Part shown: positions 43,757-53,864 of the stretch, piece by piece
How the letters are laid out: the number at the start of each line of letters is the position of its first letter
Numbering within the stretch: position 1 is the stretch's first letter
The notes under the pieces: generated by a model
What the model saw: the letters and a program-made list of their open reading frames with translations, nothing else
Told to the model about the DNA's origin: nothing
Database searches by the model: none
Program-made: the position numbers and the translations under genes
Source of the DNA: an uncultured Acidobacteriota bacterium
GTDB lineage: Bacteria > Acidobacteriota > UBA6911
Assembly: GCA_963827655.1 (NCBI GenBank)
Contig: CAWHCF010000031.1
Location: forward strand, 96,001 to 160,000
Length of the DNA: 64,000 bases
Direction of reading: 5' to 3'

Positions 43757-43920
43757 TACCGTATTACCTGGGAAGGCTTCTTCAACTAGCCGGGCTGTTT
43801 ATCATGGCTGAAACCCTCATCATCTACTTCGGCCAGATGATGCCGCTCCTACAGGGCTCCCTTCTCGGCGTCACCGTCTTCTACGTGGGCTACCTCATGG
43901 TACGGAAGTATGGCGCTTAG
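43753..43920 (+). CDS. Small 55-aa two-TM membrane protein (not in the ORF track)
   Basis: ATGA overlap with the rnc stop; MIPYYLGRLLQLAGLFIMAETLIIYFGQMMPLLQGSLLGVTVFYVGYLMVRKYGA. Confidence 0.7.
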   Translation: MIPYYLGRLLQLAGLFIMAETLIIYFGQMMPLLQGSLLGVTVFYVGYLMVRKYGA

Positions 43921-44153
43921 GGCTCGCGCAGAAATAACTTCACATTCTGGCGCGAGGGTCGGTGGTCAATCATGAATCGGTTTCTGTTTGCTAAGCATGC
44001 TGAGGATCGCGCCCCTTCGGGCTGCGGCCCGCAGGCCCGCTGGCTTTGTTGCTCGCTCCTCACGTACCGCACCGGGTACGCATCGTCGCTCGCGCCTCGC
44101 CAGCGGGCCTGGGGGCCTGCAGCAGAATGCGAACTTATTTCTGCGCGAACCCT
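43919..44153. mobile_element. MITE-like non-coding element, copy 1 (complete, ~31-bp imperfect terminal inverted repeats)
   Basis: Left AGGGCTCGCGCAGAAATAACTTCACATTCTG; right CAGAATGCGAACTTATTTCTGCGCGAACCCT; long internal stem-loop; near-identical copy at 57366-57554. Confidence 0.8.
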
Positions 44154-44893
44154 CAGTATTCCGCCGAAGCCTTCAAGAACCAGTATGCGAGCAGGGCGGC
44201 GGCATCGTACACACTGTGAGCTACCACAGGCGCAACCAGGCTCCCTCGAACAAGGTAGATCACACCAAACAAGAAACCGAACAATCCGGCTACAACGGAA
44301 CCTTGAACTCCCTGCAGGTAGTGCCCGTAGGCAAAAAAGGTACTCCACAAAATGAGTCCGACCGTCGCGCCGCCAAGGTAGTCGCGAAATCGCACCAGAA
44401 CAAACGCTCGCTGAAGTTCTTCTTTGATTCCCCCGGCGAACAGCGCCGAAACGATGAAGAGCGCAAGATCGCCCGGAGAGCGAATGGTCTCGAGCAGGAG
44501 ATTCTGTTCAGAATAGTATCTGGGAAGAAAAGATCGGAAGAAATGGCTCACCAAGACACTCATGAGAAATAGAACGGGCACCACGAGGAGTCCAATGAAC
44601 ACGTCGGCGCCCAACCGATTGCTTCGCCATCCGAGGTAGCGCAGACTCTCCCCGTGTGCCCGTAGGATCAACATCAGAAGTGCAACGGTAATGCAAGCTT
44701 CCACCAGGATAAAAAGGGCAATCACGCGAGCCTTCCCGACAAGAGCTTCGTGACTGATGCCGCTGAGCGCGAAAGGGAGGTATGCGATGGCGCTGGATAG
44801 GAGCCCAGCCACTACCAACACTTCGAGCAAGGCTTGAAGCCGATCCATCCACAGGCTTTTCCGGGGCGCGAGAAGGTACTGGGGAGGATCCAT
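44153..44893 (-). CDS. CPBP (Abi/CAAX) intramembrane metalloprotease
   Basis: KEELQRAF, FAYGH, AHSVYD motifs; multi-TM. Confidence 0.9.
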   Translation of the reverse strand: MDPPQYLLAPRKSLWMDRLQALLEVLVVAGLLSSAIAYLPFALSGISHEALVGKARVIALFILVEACITVALLMLILRAHGESLRYLGWRSNRLGADVFIGLLVVPVLFLMSVLVSHFFRSFLPRYYSEQNLLLETIRSPGDLALFIVSALFAGGIKEELQRAFVLVRFRDYLGGATVGLILWSTFFAYGHYLQGVQGSVVAGLFGFLFGVIYLVRGSLVAPVVAHSVYDAAALLAYWFLKASAEY

Positions 44894-45102
44894 TTCTCGA
44901 CCGTAGCAGCAGGTCCAGGGTCGAGTCAAGGCCCCGGGAGCACACCCCGCGCCGTGAAGTCACAACCCAAGTCTTCTTCGCGTTTCTTGGCGTCTCCGCG
45001 TCTTTCGTGGTCAGGGCTCGCACAATACCACCAGGACACCAAGTCACGAAGGAACACAAAAGGCGGTAAGCCAGTGGGCTGTCCCGGAGTTCACATCGAG
45101 GG

Positions 45103-45131
45103 TTGTAACCGTTCAGACTAGGGCATATAAT
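45103..45131 (+). promoter_or_regulatory. Sigma70-type promoter
   Basis: TTGTAA-N17-TATAAT upstream of the gene at 45227. Confidence 0.6.
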
Positions 45132-45226
45132 CCGGTCCTGAGTCCCGCAGTGTTGAACCAGGCCAGGAGTCATCGACATCACTGATCCCATGGTGTGGAT
45201 GGTTCTGGGCGCGTCAGGAGAACTGA

Positions 45227-45865
45227 ATGGGTAAGTTTTGGACGAGAGGTGTGGTTTCCGCGCTTCTTTGTCTTATCCCCGGGATGTTTGCCTCCGCGGC
45301 AAGCGGCGAGATTGTTCTGGCGGAGGGCACTCGAATCTTTCTTGCGTTGAACGACCCCCTGAGCACGAAGCATAGCAGCGAAGGGGACATCTTTACCGCC
45401 GATGTAGTAGTTCCGGTTTACCATAAGGAGCGGCTGGTTTTACCGAAAGGGAGCATTGTAGCCGGAAGTATCTCGCGTATCGTGAGGCCGGGTCGATTCC
45501 GTGGCAAAGCCCTCCTGAACGTGCTCTTTCAGTCTGTTCGAATAGCCGGCAGGTTACAGCTGCCGCTGGTCGCCTCTCTGGCTACAGTTGAGCCGGGGGG
45601 TAATGCCGGTGTGAAGGCAGAATCCACGATCGAAGGCGAAGGTTCAAAGGGTAAAGACGCCGCCCAGGTTGCGAAACCGGCGCTTGCCGGGGCAGGGATC
45701 GGCGCTCTGGCGGGAGGTGGCACGGGAGCTGCCATCGGGAGCGCTGCCGGAGCTGTGATCGGCCTTGGGTCGGTTTTTGCCAGCCGCGGCAAGGACGTCG
45801 AAATACGGAAAGGCTCTACTCTTGAGATCGTGCTGGATCGACCACTGACAATACCCGACCGGTAA
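45227..45865 (+). CDS. Exported TrbI/VirB10-like protein with glycine zipper
   Basis: Signal peptide; LSTKHSSEGDIF, PKGSIVAG, AGAGIGALAGGGTGAAIG. Confidence 0.75.
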   Translation: MGKFWTRGVVSALLCLIPGMFASAASGEIVLAEGTRIFLALNDPLSTKHSSEGDIFTADVVVPVYHKERLVLPKGSIVAGSISRIVRPGRFRGKALLNVLFQSVRIAGRLQLPLVASLATVEPGGNAGVKAESTIEGEGSKGKDAAQVAKPALAGAGIGALAGGGTGAAIGSAAGAVIGLGSVFASRGKDVEIRKGSTLEIVLDRPLTIPDR

Positions 45866-45886
45866 TCCAGGACGCGGCGCGACCCT

Positions 45887-47167
45887 TCATAAACTACCCA
45901 CCGTTATTCTCTCCGAACCACCCAGGTAAGGGCGCAGGACCTCGGGGACGACGACTGAGCCATCTTGTTGCTGGTAGTTCTCGAGAATGGCCAGCCACGT
46001 TCTTCCAACCGCAAGCCCGGAACCGTTCAGGGTATGGACAAACTGTCGCTTGCCCTCGGCATTTCGGAAACGGATGTTTGCGCGCCGTGCCTGAAAGGCT
46101 TCGAAGTTGCTGCAGGAGGAAATCTCTCGGAACCGTTCCTGGCTCGGCAGCCATACTTCTATGTCATAGGTCTTGGCAGAGGAGAAGCCCATGTCACCGG
46201 TGCTGAGGATCACAACTCGGTGGTGAAGTCCCAGGCGACGTAGAATCTCTTCAGCGTCGCTTGTCAGTGACTCCAGCTCGTCGTACGAAGTCGCCGGGTC
46301 GGCGAATTTCACCAATTCGACCTTGTTGAATTGGTGTTGTCGGATCAACCCGCGAGTATCTTTGCCGTAAGAACCCGCCTCGCTGCGGAAACAGGGGCTA
46401 TAGGCGACGAACTTTTGCGGGAGCGTGGAGCCGTCCATTACCTCACCTTGATAGATGTTCGTCACCGGCACTTCGGCTGTCGGGATCAAATAGTAATCGG
46501 TTCCTTCGATCCTGAAGAGATCTTGACCAAATTTCGGCAGGTTCCCGGTGCCGAACAGGCTTGCGGAGTTAGCCATGAAAGGCGGCAGCACCTCACGGTA
46601 TCCATGTTCGCGGGTGTGCACATCGATCATGAAATTGATGAGCGCTCTCTCAAGACGCGCGCCCATTCCGGAGAGCAGCGCAAACCGCGCTCCCGCGATC
46701 CGCGTGGCACGATCCATGTCCAGAATGCCGAGGGCAGAGCCGAGATCGACATGATCCAGAGGATCAAAGCTGAACTGCGGCGGTTTTCCCCATCGCCGCA
46801 CCTCCACATTAGCCGTCTCATCCCCTCCTCTTGGAACCGATTCGTGAGGAAGATTTGGAATGACGTGCAGCATCGTATTCAGCTCTTCCTCGAGAATCCG
46901 GACCTGGTCTTCCAGAGCTTTTATTTCGCTTGAAATCTGCTTGACCCTGGCTTGCTGCTGGGCCGTTTCAAGTCCCTGACGTCTTAGCTTGCCGATTTCC
47001 TCGGAAGCATCGTTGCGTTGCCGGCGCAACTCCTCACTCCGGATCAATACACCCTTCCGCTCATCATCTACCCTGACCAAGTCCTCAAGGGGATAGCTCC
47101 CGCCGCGAGCAAGGAGTCGCTCCCGAACGTATTCCAGGTTTTCGCGAACGAAATTCTTGTCCAGCAT
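45887..47167 (-). CDS. serS: Serine--tRNA ligase
   Basis: [43 protein letters not shown]. Confidence 0.98.
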   Translation of the reverse strand: MLDKNFVRENLEYVRERLLARGGSYPLEDLVRVDDERKGVLIRSEELRRQRNDASEEIGKLRRQGLETAQQQARVKQISSEIKALEDQVRILEEELNTMLHVIPNLPHESVPRGGDETANVEVRRWGKPPQFSFDPLDHVDLGSALGILDMDRATRIAGARFALLSGMGARLERALINFMIDVHTREHGYREVLPPFMANSASLFGTGNLPKFGQDLFRIEGTDYYLIPTAEVPVTNIYQGEVMDGSTLPQKFVAYSPCFRSEAGSYGKDTRGLIRQHQFNKVELVKFADPATSYDELESLTSDAEEILRRLGLHHRVVILSTGDMGFSSAKTYDIEVWLPSQERFREISSCSNFEAFQARRANIRFRNAEGKRQFVHTLNGSGLAVGRTWLAILENYQQQDGSVVVPEVLRPYLGGSERITVGSL

Positions 47168-47253
47168 AAGCTCGATTACTGAAAACCGGCGAACTCGCGG
47201 GTATCGGCCAGAGAGAATAGACGTTAACAGACGGTCGGATTTACTGACAAGAC

Positions 47254-47339
47254 GAAATTCGGTGACAGGCACCAAATTGCGCGGTCACGAGAGGCCAAAA
47301 GACTGTGTTTTGCCACGCAATCTGGTGCTACGGAATTTC
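47254..47339. repeat. REP-like element (copy 2, right arm degenerate)
   Basis: 47254-47285 is the reverse complement of 42900-42931; right arm GCAATCTGGTGCTACGGAATTTC. Confidence 0.85.
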
Positions 47340-47601
47340 ACTCGGCTAGCCAGTGGGTCAACTCGCGTAGTGTAGAACGCTCTCCGATGAAGTGTCGGGA
47401 AACACAGATTCTCAACCCACCGGATGCTCCACCGCCGGGTGTTTTTCAGGACCCTAGCCTTTCTGGATCCCGCGAAACCTCGATGGGGCTAACCATTGAA
47501 AAAAAAGGAGAAACACTGAATCCGGGCCAGAGCGGCAGGTATTCGCGTGAAACCTTTGAGATTTCGCCTTATCAAACCGGGATATGAAGGGAGGAAGCAC
47601 T

Positions 47602-48150
47602 ATGGGTTTCGATATCAAGACAACAAAGCTGCTTGCTGCTCTTTTGTTAGCTGGTTTTCTCAGCGCGGGGATCTTAGCCTGCAATCGGCAATCGAGTTAC
47701 GATCCGCAGTGGGTACGGGAGAAATACGGCTTGGCCGACGCCTATGCCGAGCAGGTCTCCACCCCGGATGGATCCATGCCGGCGACCATCGTGCCAGTCA
47801 CTCTGGAAGACGGCCGGAGAGCCCACCTCATCGTTCCTCAGAGACGGTCGGAATATCCGGTCTACTTCCGTGATCAGGAGGGCCTGCGACCGGTTGTGCT
47901 CGAGGATCGCAGCGTCGAGCGTGATCGCTTTGTTCAATCACGCCCCGTAGCCGTGGAGCGGCGAGTCGCACCAGCGCCGGTGTCTCAGAAAAAGAAACGG
48001 TCCTGGCAAAAAGAAGTCTTGATCGTGGCCGGTAGCGCCGGGGCGGGCGCGGGAATCGGCGCGGTCGCCGGAGGGAAGAAGGGAGCCGCAATAGGCGCAA
48101 TCTCCGGCGGAGTGGCCGGCCTGATTTACGACATGGCCACCCGCAAGTAA
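47602..48150 (+). CDS. Lipoprotein with C-terminal YMGG-like glycine zipper
   Basis: RBS GGAGG, lipobox ILAC, GAGAGIGAVAGGKKGAAIGA. Confidence 0.8.
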   Translation: MGFDIKTTKLLAALLLAGFLSAGILACNRQSSYDPQWVREKYGLADAYAEQVSTPDGSMPATIVPVTLEDGRRAHLIVPQRRSEYPVYFRDQEGLRPVVLEDRSVERDRFVQSRPVAVERRVAPAPVSQKKKRSWQKEVLIVAGSAGAGAGIGAVAGGKKGAAIGAISGGVAGLIYDMATRK

Positions 48151-48394
48151 CCTGGATTGTCCAGCCAGGGTGGGTGCGGTTCCGATCGTGGCTGCGCCCG
48201 CCCTCCCCCTCCCCTCGTAATTCCAAGCCCCCTGCCATCCAACCCGAAACTCTGTGCGTATCTTCGCGGTCAGCGCTTGTTTTGGCATTGACTTTGAAAG
48301 AGTCGATTGTTTCAATGATTTTTCTTTGCTGACTGGCCGCTTCCGGAGAGTCAGCGTGTATCTCCCCAAAAGAGGCGCATGACAAGCGTTCACT

Positions 48395-49291
48395 ATGACT
48401 AAGATTCGCAGAGCTGTTTTCCCCGCGGCAGGTCTGGGTACTCGGTTTCTTCCCGCAACCAAGGCGCAACCCAAAGAGATGCTGCCCCTGGTAGACAAAC
48501 CTATCATTCAATATGCCGTTGAGGAAGCCGTGGCGTCAGGACTGGAGAGCCTTATCATCATAACGGGTCGCGGGAAGAATGCCATTGAGGATCACTTTGA
48601 TGTTTCTTTCGAGCTCGAAAAGATCCTGGAGCAGCGCGGCAAATCTGATCTGCTGAATCAGGTCCGAGCGGTTTCGGATATGGTGCAGATATCGTATGTC
48701 CGGCAGAAGGAGGCTCTGGGGCTGGGTCACGCCATTCTGATGGCGCGCGACCTGGTTAACGATGAACCGTTCGCGGTTCTGCTTGGCGACGATATCATCG
48801 AGTCTGACACGCCATGCATTCGACAGATGATCGAGGTTTATCAGCGGTATGGAGGGAGTGTAGTCGCAATCATGGAAGTTCCCCGGGCCGAAGTAACCCG
48901 CTATGGAATCATCAAGGGAACGCCGTTACCGGAGGCCGGCGATCGAGTTTTCGAGATCGAAGATATGGTCGAGAAACCCTCGGCGGACCAGGCGCCGTCT
49001 AATCTAGCCATCATTGGTCGTTACATATTGACGCCCGCAATTTTCGAATCGCTTAGCGGGACTGAACGCGGCAGCGGAGGCGAGATACAGCTAACCGATG
49101 GCCTGCGCCGCCTGCTCCTCAAGGAGAAGGTGTTCGGCTATCGCTTCCGGGGAAAGCGACACGACGCCGGCGACAAACTTGGGTTTCTGAAAGCTACCGT
49201 TGAATTTGCCCTGAAGAACGAGGAACTCGGGCCTGAGTTTCGCTCTTACCTCAAAGCCCTGAACCTTAATTCGAGCGGAACCACGGATTGA
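48395..49291 (+). CDS. galU: UTP--glucose-1-phosphate uridylyltransferase
   Basis: PAAGLGTRFLPATKAQPKEMLP, LGLGHA, MVEKP, EIQLTD. Confidence 0.97.
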   Translation: MTKIRRAVFPAAGLGTRFLPATKAQPKEMLPLVDKPIIQYAVEEAVASGLESLIIITGRGKNAIEDHFDVSFELEKILEQRGKSDLLNQVRAVSDMVQISYVRQKEALGLGHAILMARDLVNDEPFAVLLGDDIIESDTPCIRQMIEVYQRYGGSVVAIMEVPRAEVTRYGIIKGTPLPEAGDRVFEIEDMVEKPSADQAPSNLAIIGRYILTPAIFESLSGTERGSGGEIQLTDGLRRLLLKEKVFGYRFRGKRHDAGDKLGFLKATVEFALKNEELGPEFRSYLKALNLNSSGTTD

Positions 49292-49294
49292 AAC

Positions 49295-50581
49295 ATGCGC
49301 GTCCTGGTTATCGGGTCCGGAGGAAGAGAGCATGCGCTGGTCTGGAGGCTGCGCAAGAGCCCGCGAGTGCAAGCCATTTTTTGCGTTCCCGGAAACGGCG
49401 GCATTGAGCGGGATGCCCGGTGCGTGCCGCTTTCGCCCCTCGATAATCATGGACTGGAGATTCTCGCCCGGAAGGAGAAAATCGACTTTACTATCGTGGG
49501 TCCCGAGGTCCCCCTGGCAGCCGGACTGGTCGACCATTTCGTTGACAAGGCTATTCCGATCATCGGCCCTACCCAATCTGGAGCGCGCCTGGAATCGAGC
49601 AAGGTCTTTGCCAAGGAATTCATGGTGCGGCATCACATTCCTACGGCGGGGTTCTCGACTCATCGTGATCCCCAAAAAGCAATGGCCCAGCTGGGTTCCG
49701 AGGATACGAGCTATCCTATCGTGGTGAAAGCCGACGGATTGGCAGGAGGCAAAGGTGTGGTCGTGGCGCGTACGCCGGAGGAGGCGGGGGATGCGATCCA
49801 GCGCATGATGGTTGATCGTGAGTTCGGTGCAGCAGGCGAGCGGATCATCCTGGAAGAACACCTTGTCGGGACTGAGGCGTCATTTATCGTTTTCACCGAC
49901 GGTAATACAATTCTTCCTGCTGTTGCAGCCAGGGATCACAAGGCCGTCTACGATGGCGACGAGGGACCGAACACCGGCGGTATGGGCGCGTATTCCGCAG
50001 AAATGATTCTCGCACGCGACTTGCAGCAGAAGATTCTCGAGCAGATCGTCCGTCCGGTGATCCAGGGTATGAAGGCTGAAGGAATACCGTTTCAGGGAAT
50101 ACTCTATACCGGCCTTATGCTCACGCCTGAGGGGCCGAAGGTGCTCGAATTCAACGTTCGGATGGGTGACCCGGAGGCGCAGGTGATTCTGCCCCGGTTG
50201 CAAAGCGACTTTTCGTCGCTGTGCGAGGCTCTATGCGCCCGCCGGCTCGAGGACTATAAGGCCTCATGGAAGAGCGCGCCGGCCGTCTGCGTTGTTCTTG
50301 CGTCCGGCGGTTATCCGGGTCCCTACGCCAAAGGCGAGGTTATTACCGGCTTGGAGATGGCTGAGGAAGACCCGCGCATCGCCATATTTCACGCGGGAAC
50401 GCGTCATGAAAACGGCCGCTTTCTGACCGATGGCGGACGCGTTCTAGGGGTAACTTCACTTGCCGGCGACCTGGCCTCGGCGGTTATGTCGGCGTATGAA
50501 GCGGTAAACAAGATTCGATTCAAGGGGATGCACTACAGGCGAGACATCGGCGCCAAAGCGCTGCCGACCACCACCTATTAA
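49295..50581 (+). CDS. purD: Phosphoribosylamine--glycine ligase
   Basis: GSGGREHAL, KADGLAGGKGV, GPNTGGMGAY, EFNVRMGDPE. Confidence 0.98.
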   Translation: MRVLVIGSGGREHALVWRLRKSPRVQAIFCVPGNGGIERDARCVPLSPLDNHGLEILARKEKIDFTIVGPEVPLAAGLVDHFVDKAIPIIGPTQSGARLESSKVFAKEFMVRHHIPTAGFSTHRDPQKAMAQLGSEDTSYPIVVKADGLAGGKGVVVARTPEEAGDAIQRMMVDREFGAAGERIILEEHLVGTEASFIVFTDGNTILPAVAARDHKAVYDGDEGPNTGGMGAYSAEMILARDLQQKILEQIVRPVIQGMKAEGIPFQGILYTGLMLTPEGPKVLEFNVRMGDPEAQVILPRLQSDFSSLCEALCARRLEDYKASWKSAPAVCVVLASGGYPGPYAKGEVITGLEMAEEDPRIAIFHAGTRHENGRFLTDGGRVLGVTSLAGDLASAVMSAYEAVNKIRFKGMHYRRDIGAKALPTTTY

Positions 50582-50594
50582 AAAGAGGGATTCC

Positions 50595-51101
50595 ATGACC
50601 AAGCCGAAGGTCGCGATTGTTCTGGGCAGCGACTCGGACTATCCGGTAATCCAGGATGCATTGAAACTTCTCGATGATTTCGAGATTTCATACGAGGTTA
50701 CGATCTCCAGCGCGCATCGCTCGCCGGATCGAACTCAGCGTTATGCCGCTACCCTGGAAGAGCGAGGCGTTCAGGTCATAATCGCCTGCGCCGGTGGAGC
50801 GGCCCACCTGGCCGGCGTCCTCGCCGCTCATACGATTTTGCCGGTCGTGGGTGTGCCGATTGACTCATCGCCCCTGAAGGGCCTCGATGCTCTCCTGTCG
50901 ACGTCAATGATGCCTGCCGGCGTCCCGGTCGCAACCGTGGCTATAGGCAAGGCCGGCGCGAGCAATGCTGCGATACTTGCAGCGCAAATCCTGGCTCGCA
51001 GCGACGCCGAGCTCGCTCAGCGGCTCCGTCGCTATAAAGAGAGGCTGGCCGAAGGTGTGGAGGCCAAGGACCGCGAGTTGAAGAGGGCGAGAAGTGTCTA
51101 A
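50595..51101 (+). CDS. purE: N5-CAIR mutase
   Basis: GSDSD, SAHRSP, AGGAAHLAG, MPAGVPVATV. Confidence 0.97.
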   Translation: MTKPKVAIVLGSDSDYPVIQDALKLLDDFEISYEVTISSAHRSPDRTQRYAATLEERGVQVIIACAGGAAHLAGVLAAHTILPVVGVPIDSSPLKGLDALLSTSMMPAGVPVATVAIGKAGASNAAILAAQILARSDAELAQRLRRYKERLAEGVEAKDRELKRARSV

Positions 51102-51103
51102 GG

Positions 51104-51131
51104 TTCGTTCGGGGACTTCGCCCCGAACGAA
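51104..51131 (+). terminator. 11-bp stem hairpin after purE
   Basis: TTCGTTCGGGG-ACTTCG-CCCCGAACGAA; no clear U-tract on the + strand. Confidence 0.45.
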
Positions 51132-51174
51132 AGGCCCCCTTGTGAACAACATGTTGGTTTGAACGTTTCACCAA

Positions 51175-52479
51175 GTGTCTAAGTTCTTCGTCTACACATT
51201 CGGGTGCCGGTGCAATCAGGCCGATAGTGCCGCGATACGTGAGGGCCTGTGCCGCAATTCTCTCCAGGAAGTGGAAAGCCCGCTGGACGCGCAGCTAGTG
51301 GTCGTGAATACATGTACGGTAACCCACCGCACCGACCAGCAGGTTCGTCGGACTGTGCGGAAGCTCCATCGGGAAAATCCTGGAGCCCGGCTGGTGGTGA
51401 CTGGCTGTTATGCTGAGCGCGATCCGCAATCAATCGCCGCCATCCCGGGCGTGAACCTGGTGATTGGGAATTCCGACAAGGAGCGGCTGGCGGAGATTGT
51501 CTTCGATGAGGGTCCGCAATCCTGCGGAAAGATAATTCGCACGCGTCTGGATGCGGCGCGAGACTACCTGCTTCCGTCGATGCGCCGGACCGGCGGCAAG
51601 ACTCGTCCTTTTGTCAAGATTCAGGACGGGTGTGATGCGCGCTGCTCCTATTGCATCATACCGGCCGTCCGAGGCCCGGGCAGGAGCGCACGAACCAATG
51701 ACGTCTTGACGGAAGTCGAGACGCTCATCGCCGGCGGGTATCAGGAGATTGTACTCACGGGAGTGCATCTCGGTACCTATGGTCGCAAGCAGGCAAGACC
51801 TGGTTCTCTGACGGAACTCCTGCGACGGATACTCGAACTTCCGGGATTGGGCCGCCTTCGATTGAGCAGTATTGAGCCGATGCGCTTCTCTCGGGAAATT
51901 GTGGATCTCGCGGCGCGGCATCGTTCGTTTGCGCCCCATTTTCATATTCCATTGCAGAGCGGATGCGACCGTATTCTAAGGCGTATGAGGAGGCCCTACA
52001 CGGCGGCTCGTTTTTTCGACCTTCTGCGTCACATCGAGATGAGACTCCCTTCGGCTGCGATCGGCACCGACATTATCGTGGGGTTTCCGGGGGAGACTGA
52101 TGAAGATTTTGAGGAGACCCTCCAACTGGTTAGAGCGGCTCCGCTCAGCTATCTTCACATTTTTCCCTTTTCAGCGCGCGAGGGGACCCCGGCCTACTCC
52201 ATGACCGATTCCGTGCCGGCGCCGGTCATCCGCGAACGCGCGAGCGCGCTGCGCGAGTTGTCGCGCGAGAAGAATCTTGCCTTCCGGCGCCGTTTTGTAG
52301 ATGGAGTTCTACCTGCTCTGACGCTCGCCAAAGAGGAAGAAATGGGAGAATCGGCGGTCCTTACCGAGAATTACATTCACGCCCGAATCCCCGGTTTGAA
52401 GATACCGCCGAATCGCCTCGTCGATGTTCGAATCGTCGATGTTCGGCCGGAGGGGACCGCCGCCTCCGTAGTGAGTTAG
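51175..52479 (+). CDS. mtaB: tRNA t6A37 methylthiotransferase MtaB
   Basis: GCRCNQ, NTCTVT, TGCYA, radical SAM KIQDGCDARCSYC, LTGVHLG, RLSSIEP. Confidence 0.93.
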   Translation: MSKFFVYTFGCRCNQADSAAIREGLCRNSLQEVESPLDAQLVVVNTCTVTHRTDQQVRRTVRKLHRENPGARLVVTGCYAERDPQSIAAIPGVNLVIGNSDKERLAEIVFDEGPQSCGKIIRTRLDAARDYLLPSMRRTGGKTRPFVKIQDGCDARCSYCIIPAVRGPGRSARTNDVLTEVETLIAGGYQEIVLTGVHLGTYGRKQARPGSLTELLRRILELPGLGRLRLSSIEPMRFSREIVDLAARHRSFAPHFHIPLQSGCDRILRRMRRPYTAARFFDLLRHIEMRLPSAAIGTDIIVGFPGETDEDFEETLQLVRAAPLSYLHIFPFSAREGTPAYSMTDSVPAPVIRERASALRELSREKNLAFRRRFVDGVLPALTLAKEEEMGESAVLTENYIHARIPGLKIPPNRLVDVRIVDVRPEGTAASVVS

Positions 52480-52512
52480 TCCGTCGTCCAGATTTTGCTC
52501 TGAAGCAGGACC

Positions 52513-52890
52513 CTAGTTTTCGAGTATGACCACGGCCAGCGCGGAGTCGTCCGAGTGGGACAGACTCAAGTGGATCGATCGGGTTCCGAGCTCCTGGCTC
52601 TGTTTTTCTGCCGCGTGGCTTAGCACGAGGATCGGTGCATCCTGTTCTCTGCGCACGACCTCCACGTCTTGCCAACTCAGCCCCTTGGCCCAACCGGTGC
52701 CAAGAGCCTTGAACAGGGCTTCCTTGGCGGCAAATCGGACGGCATAGTGAGGGGCAGGATCCCGGCGAGCCTCGCAGAATTCCTGTTCGGCTGCGGTAAA
52801 GATTCTCCGAATGAAGCGCTCCCCCTGATGCTTGAGCGCCTGGCGGATGCGGCGTATTTCAACCACGTCCACTCCGAGACCGACAATCAT
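52513..52890 (-). CDS. acpS: Holo-ACP synthase
   Basis: GLGVDVVE, RFAAKEA.FKALGTG, LSLSH. Confidence 0.96.
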   Translation of the reverse strand: MIVGLGVDVVEIRRIRQALKHQGERFIRRIFTAAEQEFCEARRDPAPHYAVRFAAKEALFKALGTGWAKGLSWQDVEVVRREQDAPILVLSHAAEKQSQELGTRSIHLSLSHSDDSALAVVILEN

Positions 52891-52946
52891 CCATTCACTC
52901 CAAAACCGATTGACACATCAAACCAGGATCCTCACTATCCTGAAGC

Positions 52947-53762
52947 ATGGCCCGAGAAGAATTCGTGCGCCACGAAGCGGACGGCGTGCCCTACTATTCA
53001 TGTTCCGCGCTGGAGGAACTGAGCTTCTTGCGTCATGGCTTTTCCACGCGCCATGGCGGCGTCAGCTCCTTGCCTGCAGGCAATCTCAATCTCAGTCACG
53101 TCTCCTGGGATAGCGCCCAGCAGGTAGACGAAAACCGGGGCCGTTTTATGACCGCGCTGGGTCTGGAGAGCGCCACTCTCGCTACGCTATCTCAGATTCA
53201 CTCCGATCGCCTCCATATCATAGAAGAGAAGGCTGGACAATGGAACCAACGCCCCCAGGCCGATGCCCTTGCGACCCGGCTCCAGTCGGTGGCTCTGGCG
53301 GTGCAAGTTGCGGACTGCTTTCCGATTTTACTGGTCGATCCGACGGCGGGGGCCATTGCAGGCGTGCATGCCGGGTGGAGAGGAACGCTGGCCCGCATAA
53401 TCTCAAAGAGCGTGCAGACGATGGAACTTGAGTTGGATTGCGATCCCGCGCGGCTCATGGTCGCGATTGGCCCCGGTATCAGGCACTGTTGCTTCGAAGT
53501 AGGCCCTGAAGTAGTGGAGGCGTTCGAAAGGGAGTTCCCTGGCGCGCGACTTGCAGAGCCCCATCCCGCCAACCCGGGAAGGTCCCTCTTGGACTTGCGC
53601 CGTGCCGTGGATGTCCAGTTCGCCGAGGTGGGCATTCCGCAATCGCAGGTCTTCGACCTGGGATTGTGCACCCGATGCCGGGTGGATGAATTCTTCTCAT
53701 ATCGCGGGGAAGGCCCGAAGTCGGGGCGTTTGATGGCGGTCATCTCGCGGGTCTCGGACTGA
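52947..53762 (+). CDS. pgeF: Peptidoglycan editing factor PgeF (YfiH)
   Basis: HGFSTRHGGVS, QIHS, ADCFP, HAGWRG, FFSYR. Confidence 0.93.
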   Translation: MAREEFVRHEADGVPYYSCSALEELSFLRHGFSTRHGGVSSLPAGNLNLSHVSWDSAQQVDENRGRFMTALGLESATLATLSQIHSDRLHIIEEKAGQWNQRPQADALATRLQSVALAVQVADCFPILLVDPTAGAIAGVHAGWRGTLARIISKSVQTMELELDCDPARLMVAIGPGIRHCCFEVGPEVVEAFEREFPGARLAEPHPANPGRSLLDLRRAVDVQFAEVGIPQSQVFDLGLCTRCRVDEFFSYRGEGPKSGRLMAVISRVSD

Positions 53763-53864
53763 CTTTAGTACCGATCTTTGGCTGTGCAAGCTACCGCACC
53801 GCAGAGCGCGCGAAATCGCCGAACTGCAGGCGCGCAGTCCAAATATCTCGCGAGGGGGATTTCG

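Noticed and set aside
43917-44355. ORFs 43917-44348, 43972-44355, 57173-57481 and 57321-57566 sharing peptide sequence
   Set aside because: The similarity comes from the repeated non-coding MITE-like element; no transposase motifs
45227-45865. VirB10-like gene as evidence of a type IV secretion or conjugation system
   Set aside because: Stand-alone short protein; no other vir/trb genes in the window
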